44,122 nt of DNA from an uncultured archaeon (GTDB lineage: Archaea; Aenigmatarchaeota; Aenigmatarchaeia; GW2011-AR5): assembly GCA_964373695.1 (NCBI GenBank), contig CAYJVT010000008.1, positions 1 through 44,122 on the forward strand, in the 5' to 3' direction. Below the pieces are notes generated by a model, which was given only the letters and a program-made list of their open reading frames with translations, made no database searches and was not told the origin of the DNA. Numbering within the stretch: the stretch's first letter is position 1; each line of letters starts with the position of its first letter. The position numbers and the translations under genes are program-made. Of this stretch, positions 26,527-33,881 are shown in pieces.

Positions 26527-26645
26527 TGGGCTCAGCAGGATTTGAACCTGCGTCTCAAATTGGATTTTGTCAGTTTTTACTGACAAAATGCTCCCAATGA
26601 GCATCCAGTTAAGCTCGGATCCTGACCAAACTAGACTATGAGCCC
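26527..26645 (-). tRNA. tRNA-Pro(UGG) with two non-canonical introns (33/34 and 40/41)
   Basis: Acceptor GGGCTCA/TGAGCCC-A; T arm GCAGG-TTCAAAT-CCTGC. Removing 14 nt (26597-26610) and 31 nt (26559-26589) gives the anticodon arm CGAGC-TT-TGG-GA-GCTTG and a 74-nt tRNA; both introns fit BHB/relaxed BHB geometry. Confidence 0.8.
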
Positions 26646-26701
26646 TATAGAATGAATTATCTAAACTGCAAACTTAAAAGCACTGTTTTGTAAAGTCTAT
26701 T

Positions 26702-26996
26702 ATGAATGAAATTACATGCGTCTTGAAAAAGAAAATCAGTTTCACTAAAGAAAGATATTTGCACATTATTTTTCGACATCCAGAATTAGAAGGCAAAGAA
26801 GACGAAATAAGGAAAACTCTTACAGACACAGATTTCGTCCAAGAAAGCGTTTATGATAAGAGTGTCTTGTTACAGAAGTATCACCAAGAAAGAATATGTT
26901 GTAGTTGTCGCAAAGGTCTTAAACAATCACGGCTTTATAATAACAGCATACATAGCAAACATAATCAAGAAAGGCGATATCATATGGAGAAAATGA
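26702..26996 (+). pseudogene. Putative RelE/DUF4258-like toxin, frameshifted
   Basis: ERYLHIIFRHPELEG N-terminal half. The natural C-terminus (SITKKEYVVVVAKVLNNHGFIITAYIANIIKKGDIIWRK, stop 26994-26996) lies in another frame; shift near 26875. Confidence 0.65.
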
Positions 26997-27205
26997 GGTT
27001 CTTTTATGATGAAGAAGGAGATGTATTAGACATCTCTATCGGTAAGCCGAAGAAGGCAAAATCACAGGAAATAGGAAACGACATAATAGTAAGAAAGGAT
27101 AGCAAAGGCAAAGTAGTCGGCTTTACTATACTTAATTTCGAAAAGAGGTCGGAAAAAGAAAAAGGGTTCAATATACCTGTAGAAGCGAAGTTTGAGATTG
27201 CATAA
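26984..27205 (+). CDS. DUF2283-family protein (putative antitoxin)
   Basis: MRFFYDEEGDVLDISIG...EIGNDIIVRKD..GKVVGFTILNF. Confidence 0.85.
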   Translation: MEKMRFFYDEEGDVLDISIGKPKKAKSQEIGNDIIVRKDSKGKVVGFTILNFEKRSEKEKGFNIPVEAKFEIA

Positions 27206-27218
27206 ATCTGTTTCTTGA

Positions 27219-27298
27219 GTAGACCGCCAAACAAATACATATGGATTACATTCAACCTACGAAGAACTAAACCATCAGCCAAGCACAGCTAGAGCCCA
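27219..27298 (-). repeat. tRNA-like repeat copy 1
   Basis: Colinear with 27789-27869; the minus strand begins GGGCTCTAGCTGTGCTTGGCTG; TATA-like element about 25 nt upstream. Confidence 0.7.
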
Positions 27299-27361
27299 AT
27301 GCAAGTATCTCAATCTCAGAATATATAAGAATTTAAACTATCTCAATACTAATGTCTAAAG

Positions 27362-27604
27362 GTGCCTATGATGAAAAAGGAAAAAATAAGCGGTCTTACA
27401 GCTGTTTATAGAAAGGTAAAAGAAGGGTATATAGCCTACGTAGAGGAAATACCCGGCGTAAATACTCAGGGCAATAATTTAAAAGAAGCTAAAGAAAACC
27501 TGCTTGACGCGCTAAAACTTGTTCTTGAGGTTAACCGCGAAATGGCGGAAAAAGAGATTTCTGGGCATGATGTATTAAAAGAAAAGATTTCAATAGATTT
27601 GTAA
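27362..27604 (+). CDS. hicB: HicB-family antitoxin
   Basis: LTAVY....EGYIAYVEEIPGVNTQG..L.EAKENL.DAL.LVL. Confidence 0.88.
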   Translation: MPMMKKEKISGLTAVYRKVKEGYIAYVEEIPGVNTQGNNLKEAKENLLDALKLVLEVNREMAEKEISGHDVLKEKISIDL

Positions 27605-27792
27605 TGAAGAGAAGAAATCTTATTGACCACCTGACTTCTCATGGATGCGTCTTATTAAGAGAAGGCAGTAGACACACGATTTTCTATAACCCAATCACGA
27701 AAAGAACGTCTTCAGTTCCAAGACATTCAGAAGTTAACGATTTTCTTGCGAAGAAAATATGCAAAGATTTAGGAATAGTAGAACCGAAGTAG
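27604..27792 (+). CDS. hicA: HicA-family toxin
   Basis: MKRR.LI.HL..HGC.LLREGSRHTIFYNP......VPRH.EV...LAKKICKDL. Confidence 0.92.
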   Translation: MKRRNLIDHLTSHGCVLLREGSRHTIFYNPITKRTSSVPRHSEVNDFLAKKICKDLGIVEPK

Positions 27793-27869
27793 ACTGCGAA
27801 TCAACCGCCAGCAGATTACACACGTCCTGCAAAGAACCAAACAAGCAGCCAAGCACAGCTACGAGCCCA
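27789..27869 (-). repeat. tRNA-like repeat copy 2
   Basis: Minus strand GGGCTCGTAGCTGTGCTTGG...GCGGTTGATTCGC-AGTCT-AC; upstream CTTTTAAG at the same spacing as for tRNA-Pro(UGG). Confidence 0.7.
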
Positions 27870-27946
27870 TTAGCAAACTTTCTTGACTTATAAACTTAAA
27901 AGCGCTATAAGAACGTTATAATTCAATTCAAAGGAAAGAATAAAAA

Positions 27947-28040
27947 TGGGCCCGCTGTGATTTGAACACAGGCCACGGCCACCCCAAGGCCGGATCATTA
28001 GCCGCTTTTCCAAGCGTCTACCAAGCTAGACTACGGGCCC
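27947..28040 (-). tRNA. tRNA-Pro(GGG) with a 21-nt D-arm intron (22/23)
   Basis: GGGCCCG/CGGGCCC-A acceptor, CGGCC-TTGGGGT-GGCCG anticodon arm, CTGTG-TTCAAAT-CACAG T arm. Removing 27997-28017 (CGCTT/AAGCG hairpin; central helix TGGT/GCTA) gives a normal 73-nt tRNA. CCA is not encoded. Confidence 0.9.
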
Positions 28041-28073
28041 AACAATCTCAATAATTATCACAGCCCTTATAAA

Positions 28074-31000
28074 TCATCTTTTCTCCAGGGGCTGCGACGC
28101 CTCCTGGAGCAGCTTCGCCGCCGTCTTCTTCCCGACGATTTCCGCAAGCACCTCTGGCCTCGTCTTCTTTATGTCGGCAGGCGTCTTGATGCCGGAGTTG
28201 AACAGCGACCTCGCCCTGACGCGGCCTATGCCTTTCAGCATTATCAGGCGCAGGAGCTCGTCCCTGATACCGTGCTTTATCCGAAGCTGCAATCGGCGAA
28301 ATTCGTTGGCCTTATCGAATTTCCGGAGAAGGCGAGCGAGCTCGGCCGAAGAGTATAGCATCCATTCGGCATTCTTCGTCTTTGTATACAGTTCTCCAGG
28401 CGTCACCCCATATTTTTCCATCAGGGCGTCCTCCCCTCTCTCGTCCATCCAGTCCCTGAACATCATGTAAGTCTTGTACGCTGACAGGAAAGAATTATAC
28501 TCATAATCCCACACGTCCGGGCTCTTTATACCGCTCTTCAGCATCTCCTCCTCCACGAAATCATCCTTTTTCAAGACCGAAAGAGGAGGGAACATCTCGT
28601 TGCAGGTGTTAAGGCTCGTCATGAACTCGTCCTCATGCGCATTCATCCCTGTTATTATTGTGTTCGCGGAAAGCGGGTCCAGATATAGTTCAGACACTTT
28701 CTTGCCGAGCTTCGTGGCCCTTATCTTGAAATCGCCGCCCAGGTCGAACGCCGGCTTGAACTCCGAGAAGATGCCGCTTTCCTCCGTCTCGATGAAATTA
28801 AATCCCTCTAGCTGTCGCAGTATGGCGTCAACCTTTCCCATCACTTCGCTTATGTTCCCGTACTGATGGGAGAAAAAAGTGCGGGAGAAGAAATCCTCAA
28901 GCTCCCCCCTCGAATGCACGGCTTCCGAGGCCAGAAGCGATAAGGTGTGCATGCGCAGCATGGGCTCCACGGAAAGCTTGGAATATATCGGCTCTGGCTC
29001 GCCCATTATGTACCTCTCCTTCAGTTCGTTCGCGTCGGATGCGTCCTTCCCGACTAGTATGGCCTCTCCCTCTTTGTCATAAGCGGGACGGCCGGCGCGT
29101 CCAGCCATCTGCTCCACCTCAAGAACAGGTATGTAATCCGTCCCATAGTATCCATACCTCTTGACGTCCCGTATGACGACGCGGTATGCAGGCATGTTGA
29201 TGCCCCATGAATTATGAACAATAAATCCGTTTGCAACAAACATATGGTCGGTTCTATTATTGTCGGCCATAACAATATCATATACAGAATTGCAAGTAGG
29301 CGCAACTTTTTTCACGACTTTTACAATATCCCAGAATATGTCTCCCTGAAATGAATTTTTTTTCCAATTTCCTCTTGAAGTCCTAATTATTTTTAAATTA
29401 CATAAAGGACAATTAGGATTTTTATCAAAATAATTTTCTAATGATATGTTTTTAGAAATTATTTCGTTATAGCACCATATACCAAGTTTTGTAAGTTTCC
29501 ACATTTTTGTGTTTCCAAGTCTTTCTTTTTCAATAAATGGATAATGGAGATTTAGTCTTTTTTCATTTTTCCACGGAACAAACCCTAATTTTCTTGAAAT
29601 ATCATTAGAAGTAGTCTGGCCATTCAAGGCCAATAATTTTATTATTTTTTTCTTTTGTACAGCCCATTCTATTTGTTTCTTTGTCCTTCCTGATAACGAT
29701 CCAGGTTGAACCTTATATTTGCATTTTTTACACTCAAAATAAGAAGATATACTTTTGCGCTTTTTTATTATTTTGTTAAGCAGAAAATGCTTTCTATTTA
29801 CTTTGAATCCTATTTCATCAAAGAACTTAAAAAGCGAAAAATTGTGCTGTATTCTAATCTCAATTGATTCTTTTGTATTATAGGACTTTTTACCTACTTT
29901 TATTATATTTTCATGTCTCTTTCTTTTCCATGTAATTATTCCATATCTAAGAAGCGCTCTTCTTGTGTCTTCTATTAATCTATCTGAAATATTAGAAAAA
30001 CTCACCACACCTCTTTTTTCTACACAGCCATCTGTATCAAAAAGACCAGATAGAAGATGGCGAAGAAGTATTGTATTAGATCCTAAAAGACTCGTGTTTA
30101 TGAATTTTTTTTCGCCTTTATCAATCCCACATCTTACCAAAAATTCTCTAAGCCATTTTGATTTTGATAAAAATATTTGCGAAACGCCGCAAGAATTCTT
30201 CCTTTTTCTGAAATTAATTGAATATCTTTTACAGAATTCTTCTACAAATTTAAATATTTCTTTGTCTTGCCCTACCAGACATGGATTGCCTTTATAAAAT
30301 ATCTTTCCATTTTTTATCTGGGCTCCAGAATACCCATCACCAAGCATGGCACCTATAAAATAGAAATCAATGGCATCTAATTTTTTGTTTTTGAACGGAA
30401 TCTCATTATCCAGAACGAAGTCTTTCCATGAAGGTTTGAAAACTTTACTGATGTTTATTTTTCCTGCCATTGCTATTTTTTCACCTTTTTTAATACAATC
30501 GGCAGTTTTCAGTTTAGATTTTTCATTTTCATATACTAATACTTTATGATTGCCTGTTAAGGTTATAGAATTTCCACAAATAGTTTCAATTTTTCTCATA
30601 ACTTTAGGCGAATCAATAACTTTCACATCTTTAATTGAAGATTCTATAAGATTATTATTTTTTAGTGCAATCACCTTATTTATCTTATCAGTTGGTTTTT
30701 TTAAATTCATTGAGTCCCATATGTCAACGTTTTTATCTAAGCAAAGAGTTGGCGTTGCTGAAAGGATTTTTATCTGGCCCTGCCGGAACGCGTCCTCTAC
30801 AAGCTTCCTCTGTTTTGCGACAAGCCCGGCATGGTGGAATGCTGTGCCTCCTGCAACACACATCGCAAGGCGGCGGCACTGTTTTGTCGGCACATGCAGA
30901 ACTTTTTCGATTTCCTTTGAAAGTTTCAGCAGGGAAGGGTCTTTTATGGAAAGGTTTTTTGCAAGCTTTTCCGCGACCGATTCTGCGCTTCTTCTTGTTG

Positions 31001-31748
31001 AGACGAAGACAAGCGCCTGCTTTTTCTTTTGCAACGTGTCATGGGAGAGGACTTTTTCTGCCTCGCCCTCCTTCATTTCCTTGACATCGCCTTCCATTTC
31101 AAGCATGTTCACTTTTTCACGCGGATAGAAAACCCCCTTTCGCAATTTCACAGGACGGTAATTGCTTCTGACCAACTCTGCATCCAGCCATTCTGCGATT
31201 TCGTCTGAATTTTTTATGGTCGCTGAAAGCGCCAGTATCTGAGGCTTTACGTCTTTCATGATGCGCGTCATCACGACCTCCAGAGTCGGCCCGCGGCCGG
31301 CGTCATTCAGGAGGTGGATTTCGTCCACTATCAGAAGGGAGATTTTGCTGAGCCACGGCGCGTTATGCCTCATTATTGAGTCGAGCTTCTCCGACGTGGC
31401 GATTATCAGGTCGTACCTGCCGAGCCATTCCTCGGCGCTATCGAAATCCCCTATGGAAATCGCTATCTTGATGCCCAGGCTCTTGTACCTTTCCTGGAAT
31501 TCATGGTATTTTTCGGATGCAAGGGCCTTCAGCGGGCACACGTACACGGCTTTTCCGTTCCTCAGGAAGTTGCCAAGGAAGGCGAGCTCCGCGATAAAAG
31601 TCTTGCCCGAAGCTGTAGGGGATGCTACAACCATATTCTTCCCGTCAAGAAGGCCGGCCTCCACGGCAAGCCGCTGCGGCTCATTGAGCTCAATTTTAGG
31701 AAGCACATCCTTTATGCGCCCAGGGAAAGGCAGCTCAGAAGTCTTCAT
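28074..31748 (-). CDS. hel308: Hel308/Hjm Ski2-like helicase with an intein
   Basis: SPTASGKT, PLKALASEK, IVDEIH, ILALSAT, FHHAGL, ATPTL|SWGINMPA and QMAGRAGRP motifs; C-terminal HhH GIGRVRARSL. Start set at MKTSELPF. Confidence 0.93.
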   Translation of the reverse strand: MKTSELPFPGRIKDVLPKIELNEPQRLAVEAGLLDGKNMVVASPTASGKTFIAELAFLGNFLRNGKAVYVCPLKALASEKYHEFQERYKSLGIKIAISIGDFDSAEEWLGRYDLIIATSEKLDSIMRHNAPWLSKISLLIVDEIHLLNDAGRGPTLEVVMTRIMKDVKPQILALSATIKNSDEIAEWLDAELVRSNYRPVKLRKGVFYPREKVNMLEMEGDVKEMKEGEAEKVLSHDTLQKKKQALVFVSTRRSAESVAEKLAKNLSIKDPSLLKLSKEIEKVLHVPTKQCRRLAMCVAGGTAFHHAGLVAKQRKLVEDAFRQGQIKILSATPTLCLDKNVDIWDSMNLKKPTDKINKVIALKNNNLIESSIKDVKVIDSPKVMRKIETICGNSITLTGNHKVLVYENEKSKLKTADCIKKGEKIAMAGKINISKVFKPSWKDFVLDNEIPFKNKKLDAIDFYFIGAMLGDGYSGAQIKNGKIFYKGNPCLVGQDKEIFKFVEEFCKRYSINFRKRKNSCGVSQIFLSKSKWLREFLVRCGIDKGEKKFINTSLLGSNTILLRHLLSGLFDTDGCVEKRGVVSFSNISDRLIEDTRRALLRYGIITWKRKRHENIIKVGKKSYNTKESIEIRIQHNFSLFKFFDEIGFKVNRKHFLLNKIIKKRKSISSYFECKKCKYKVQPGSLSGRTKKQIEWAVQKKKIIKLLALNGQTTSNDISRKLGFVPWKNEKRLNLHYPFIEKERLGNTKMWKLTKLGIWCYNEIISKNISLENYFDKNPNCPLCNLKIIRTSRGNWKKNSFQGDIFWDIVKVVKKVAPTCNSVYDIVMADNNRTDHMFVANGFIVHNSWGINMPAYRVVIRDVKRYGYYGTDYIPVLEVEQMAGRAGRPAYDKEGEAILVGKDASDANELKERYIMGEPEPIYSKLSVEPMLRMHTLSLLASEAVHSRGELEDFFSRTFFSHQYGNISEVMGKVDAILRQLEGFNFIETEESGIFSEFKPAFDLGGDFKIRATKLGKKVSELYLDPLSANTIITGMNAHEDEFMTSLNTCNEMFPPLSVLKKDDFVEEEMLKSGIKSPDVWDYEYNSFLSAYKTYMMFRDWMDERGEDALMEKYGVTPGELYTKTKNAEWMLYSSAELARLLRKFDKANEFRRLQLRIKHGIRDELLRLIMLKGIGRVRARSLFNSGIKTPADIKKTRPEVLAEIVGKKTAAKLLQEASQPLEKR
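29211..30743 (-). mobile_element. AT-rich intein (511 aa) with LAGLIDADG endonuclease in Hel308 motif V
   Basis: Starts CLDKNV, ends FIVHN before Ser. Block B ITLTGNH; EN motifs FIGAMLGDG and LSGLFDTDG; block F VYDI. Confidence 0.93.
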
Positions 31749-31841
31749 GAAAGATAGTTTGATGCAAGGAATTAATAAGCACTTCGTATTGGAAAGTAAA
31801 CTATTTAAGTATCGATGTATATAATGTAAAACGGTGATATC

Positions 31842-32054
31842 ATGGATACAGTCACAGTATCTGAAAAATTCCAGGTGGTAATACCGAAAGACATACGAAG
31901 ACACATGAACATCAAGCCCGGGGAGAAAATAGTTGTGATAGAGAAAAATGGCTCAATAAACATGATACCGGTGGGCAGGATTAAGGAATCGAAAGGAATC
32001 GCAAAAGGCGTTTCGGCAGATGATTTGAGGGATGAGGATGAGCGTTTTGATTGA
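31842..32054 (+). CDS. vapB: AbrB/MazE/SpoVT-family antitoxin
   Basis: VTVSEKFQVVIPKDIR..MNIKPGEK. Confidence 0.88.
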   Translation: MDTVTVSEKFQVVIPKDIRRHMNIKPGEKIVVIEKNGSINMIPVGRIKESKGIAKGVSADDLRDEDERFD

Positions 32055-32418
32055 CAGCTACGGATGGATAGAATATTTCTCAAACGGCCCGCTGGCAGAC
32101 AAATACTCGAGGCATATAGAAGCTGTTTCAAAAAACAGCTGCTTTATTCCATCAATAGTGTTATATGAAGTCTACAGGCGAATAAAAAAAATAAAAAAAG
32201 AGCCGGAAGCCCTTTTAGCATATGCGTATATAATTGCCCATACGAATATCGTCCCGGCCGGGAAAAAAATTGCCTTGGACGCAGCCGAAATAAGTCTTGA
32301 GCATGGCCTTGGAATGGCAGACTCCATTATAATGGCTACCGCAAGAAGATTCGATGCAAAAATTGTGACAAGCGACAAGCACTTCATGGGAAAAGAAAAT
32401 GTTGTTTTTATTTCATAG
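32038..32418 (+). CDS. vapC: PIN-domain VapC toxin
   Basis: LIDSYGWIEYF, SIVLYEVY, LGMADSII.ATA and IVTSDKHF motifs. Confidence 0.9.
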   Translation: MSVLIDSYGWIEYFSNGPLADKYSRHIEAVSKNSCFIPSIVLYEVYRRIKKIKKEPEALLAYAYIIAHTNIVPAGKKIALDAAEISLEHGLGMADSIIMATARRFDAKIVTSDKHFMGKENVVFIS

Positions 32419-32420
32419 GG

Positions 32421-33473
32421 CTAATATTTCCTTTCCACCGCGAAGTCGGCGAACGCCCTGAGAACGTCCTTCTTCTTCAGGAAGGGCTCCGCCTCCTTCC
32501 ATGCATCCCGCACCATGCTTTTGGCGAAGCCTTTCGCGTATTCTACCGAGCCCGCCGCGCGCATGATGCCTATGGCCTCGTCTGCAAGCCCGCGCTCCGA
32601 GGTGTGCATGTCCAGGATGTCAAGGAGGCGCTGCGCATCCTTCTTGCCGGCGTGCTGCAGGGCGTGTATAACCATGAGGGTACGCTTGCCCTCATGAATG
32701 TCGTTGCCGTAGGCCTTGCCCCACTTCTTATCGTCTGCCACGAGGTCCAGTATGTCGTCCTGTATCTGGAAGGCTATGCCTATGCTTTCTGCAAGCCGGC
32801 CCATCTTCTTGACGACTTCGTCGTCTGCATCCGCAACCACGGCGCCGAACTTGGCGGCGATGCGGGCCAGCGTGCCTGTCTTGAAGGCGCACATCTGCAG
32901 GTATTCGTCGACGCCCGAAGGCTTGCACAGGCCCCTGTGCCACGCTATGTCCATTCCCTGGCCCATATGGATATTGATGAGTTCCTGCGAGTAAATCTCG
33001 TACAGGCGCAGGAGCTTTTCCTTCGGCAATTTCATCTCGTTCTTCAGAAGAACCAACAGCGGGAGATAGTACATCGCGTTGCCGGCGTTTATTGCCACGT
33101 CATTGCCGAATATCCTGTAGGTGCATGGCTTGCCGCGGCGCATCTCGGAAGAATCCTCAATGTCATCAATAATCAAACTTCCCTCATGTACGATCTCTAT
33201 GGGCACAACCAAGTCAAGGTACTTTTCCGGCTCCGCCCCGAGCGCTTCAGCGACCATCATGAAAAGGGCCGGGCGCCAGCGCTTGCCGCCCCTGTCCAGC
33301 AGGTCCCATATCGGCTCCGAAAGCGACTTCGTCGCTGCTTCTAGGCTGTACTTGTATGTCGTTTTTCCGAAGGTGAATTCCACCGTCTTTTTGTCGTACT
33401 TCCTCGGGATGTACTTCCCTATGGCCTTGTCCACGAGCTTTGACCTGCCGGCAAGCAGCTTCTCGATGTCCAT
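32421..33473 (-). CDS. idsA: Polyprenyl (geranylgeranyl) diphosphate synthase
   Basis: GGKRWRP, EIVHEGSLIIDDIEDSSEMRRG, FKT and FQIQDDILD..GNDIHEGK motifs. Confidence 0.92.
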   Translation of the reverse strand: MDIEKLLAGRSKLVDKAIGKYIPRKYDKKTVEFTFGKTTYKYSLEAATKSLSEPIWDLLDRGGKRWRPALFMMVAEALGAEPEKYLDLVVPIEIVHEGSLIIDDIEDSSEMRRGKPCTYRIFGNDVAINAGNAMYYLPLLVLLKNEMKLPKEKLLRLYEIYSQELINIHMGQGMDIAWHRGLCKPSGVDEYLQMCAFKTGTLARIAAKFGAVVADADDEVVKKMGRLAESIGIAFQIQDDILDLVADDKKWGKAYGNDIHEGKRTLMVIHALQHAGKKDAQRLLDILDMHTSERGLADEAIGIMRAAGSVEYAKGFAKSMVRDAWKEAEPFLKKKDVLRAFADFAVERKY

Positions 33474-33530
33474 AATAGAGTTAAACTGAATGCGTTTTAA
33501 TAGTCAACGGAATAAGTAAAATTGAGCAAT

Positions 33531-33806
33531 ATGCCGGCGCCGTACACAAGAGGTTACCATCATACGAAGTCGAAGGGCCACGAAAGCAACGTGAACTGCG
33601 GCTACTGCGGCAAGATGGTGCCGAGATGGAAGACGATACCGTCGTTCAGAGGATTCTCCATAAACGACCCCGTGCTGCGCAAACAGCTGGACAGGCGCAT
33701 GATCAGCACATACAGCCAGAAGATGTACGTGTGCCCGTCTTGCGCCAGATACCGCGGCATAGTCAGGGTCGGAAGGTCAAGGCGCAGGGACAGAAGCGGA
33801 TTCTGA
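33531..33806 (+). CDS. rps26e: Ribosomal protein S26e (eS26)
   Basis: KGH...VNCGYCGKMVPR.K......D..L..QL.......KMYVCPSCA.YRGIVRV Zn-binding pattern. Confidence 0.8.
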   Translation: MPAPYTRGYHHTKSKGHESNVNCGYCGKMVPRWKTIPSFRGFSINDPVLRKQLDRRMISTYSQKMYVCPSCARYRGIVRVGRSRRRDRSGF

Positions 33807-33881
33807 GACGAATCGGCGTCTGGAAGACGCCGGGATTCCAAAGCAGTATTTTTATATTATAGTCCCGGCATACTTTATTCT

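Noticed and set aside
26527-26645. Reading this tRNA as Val(AAC) or Leu(TAA) with one canonical intron
   Set aside because: Those readings give a poorly paired anticodon stem, a non-purine at position 37 or no long variable arm. The two-intron Pro(UGG) model gives a full stem and the exact length.
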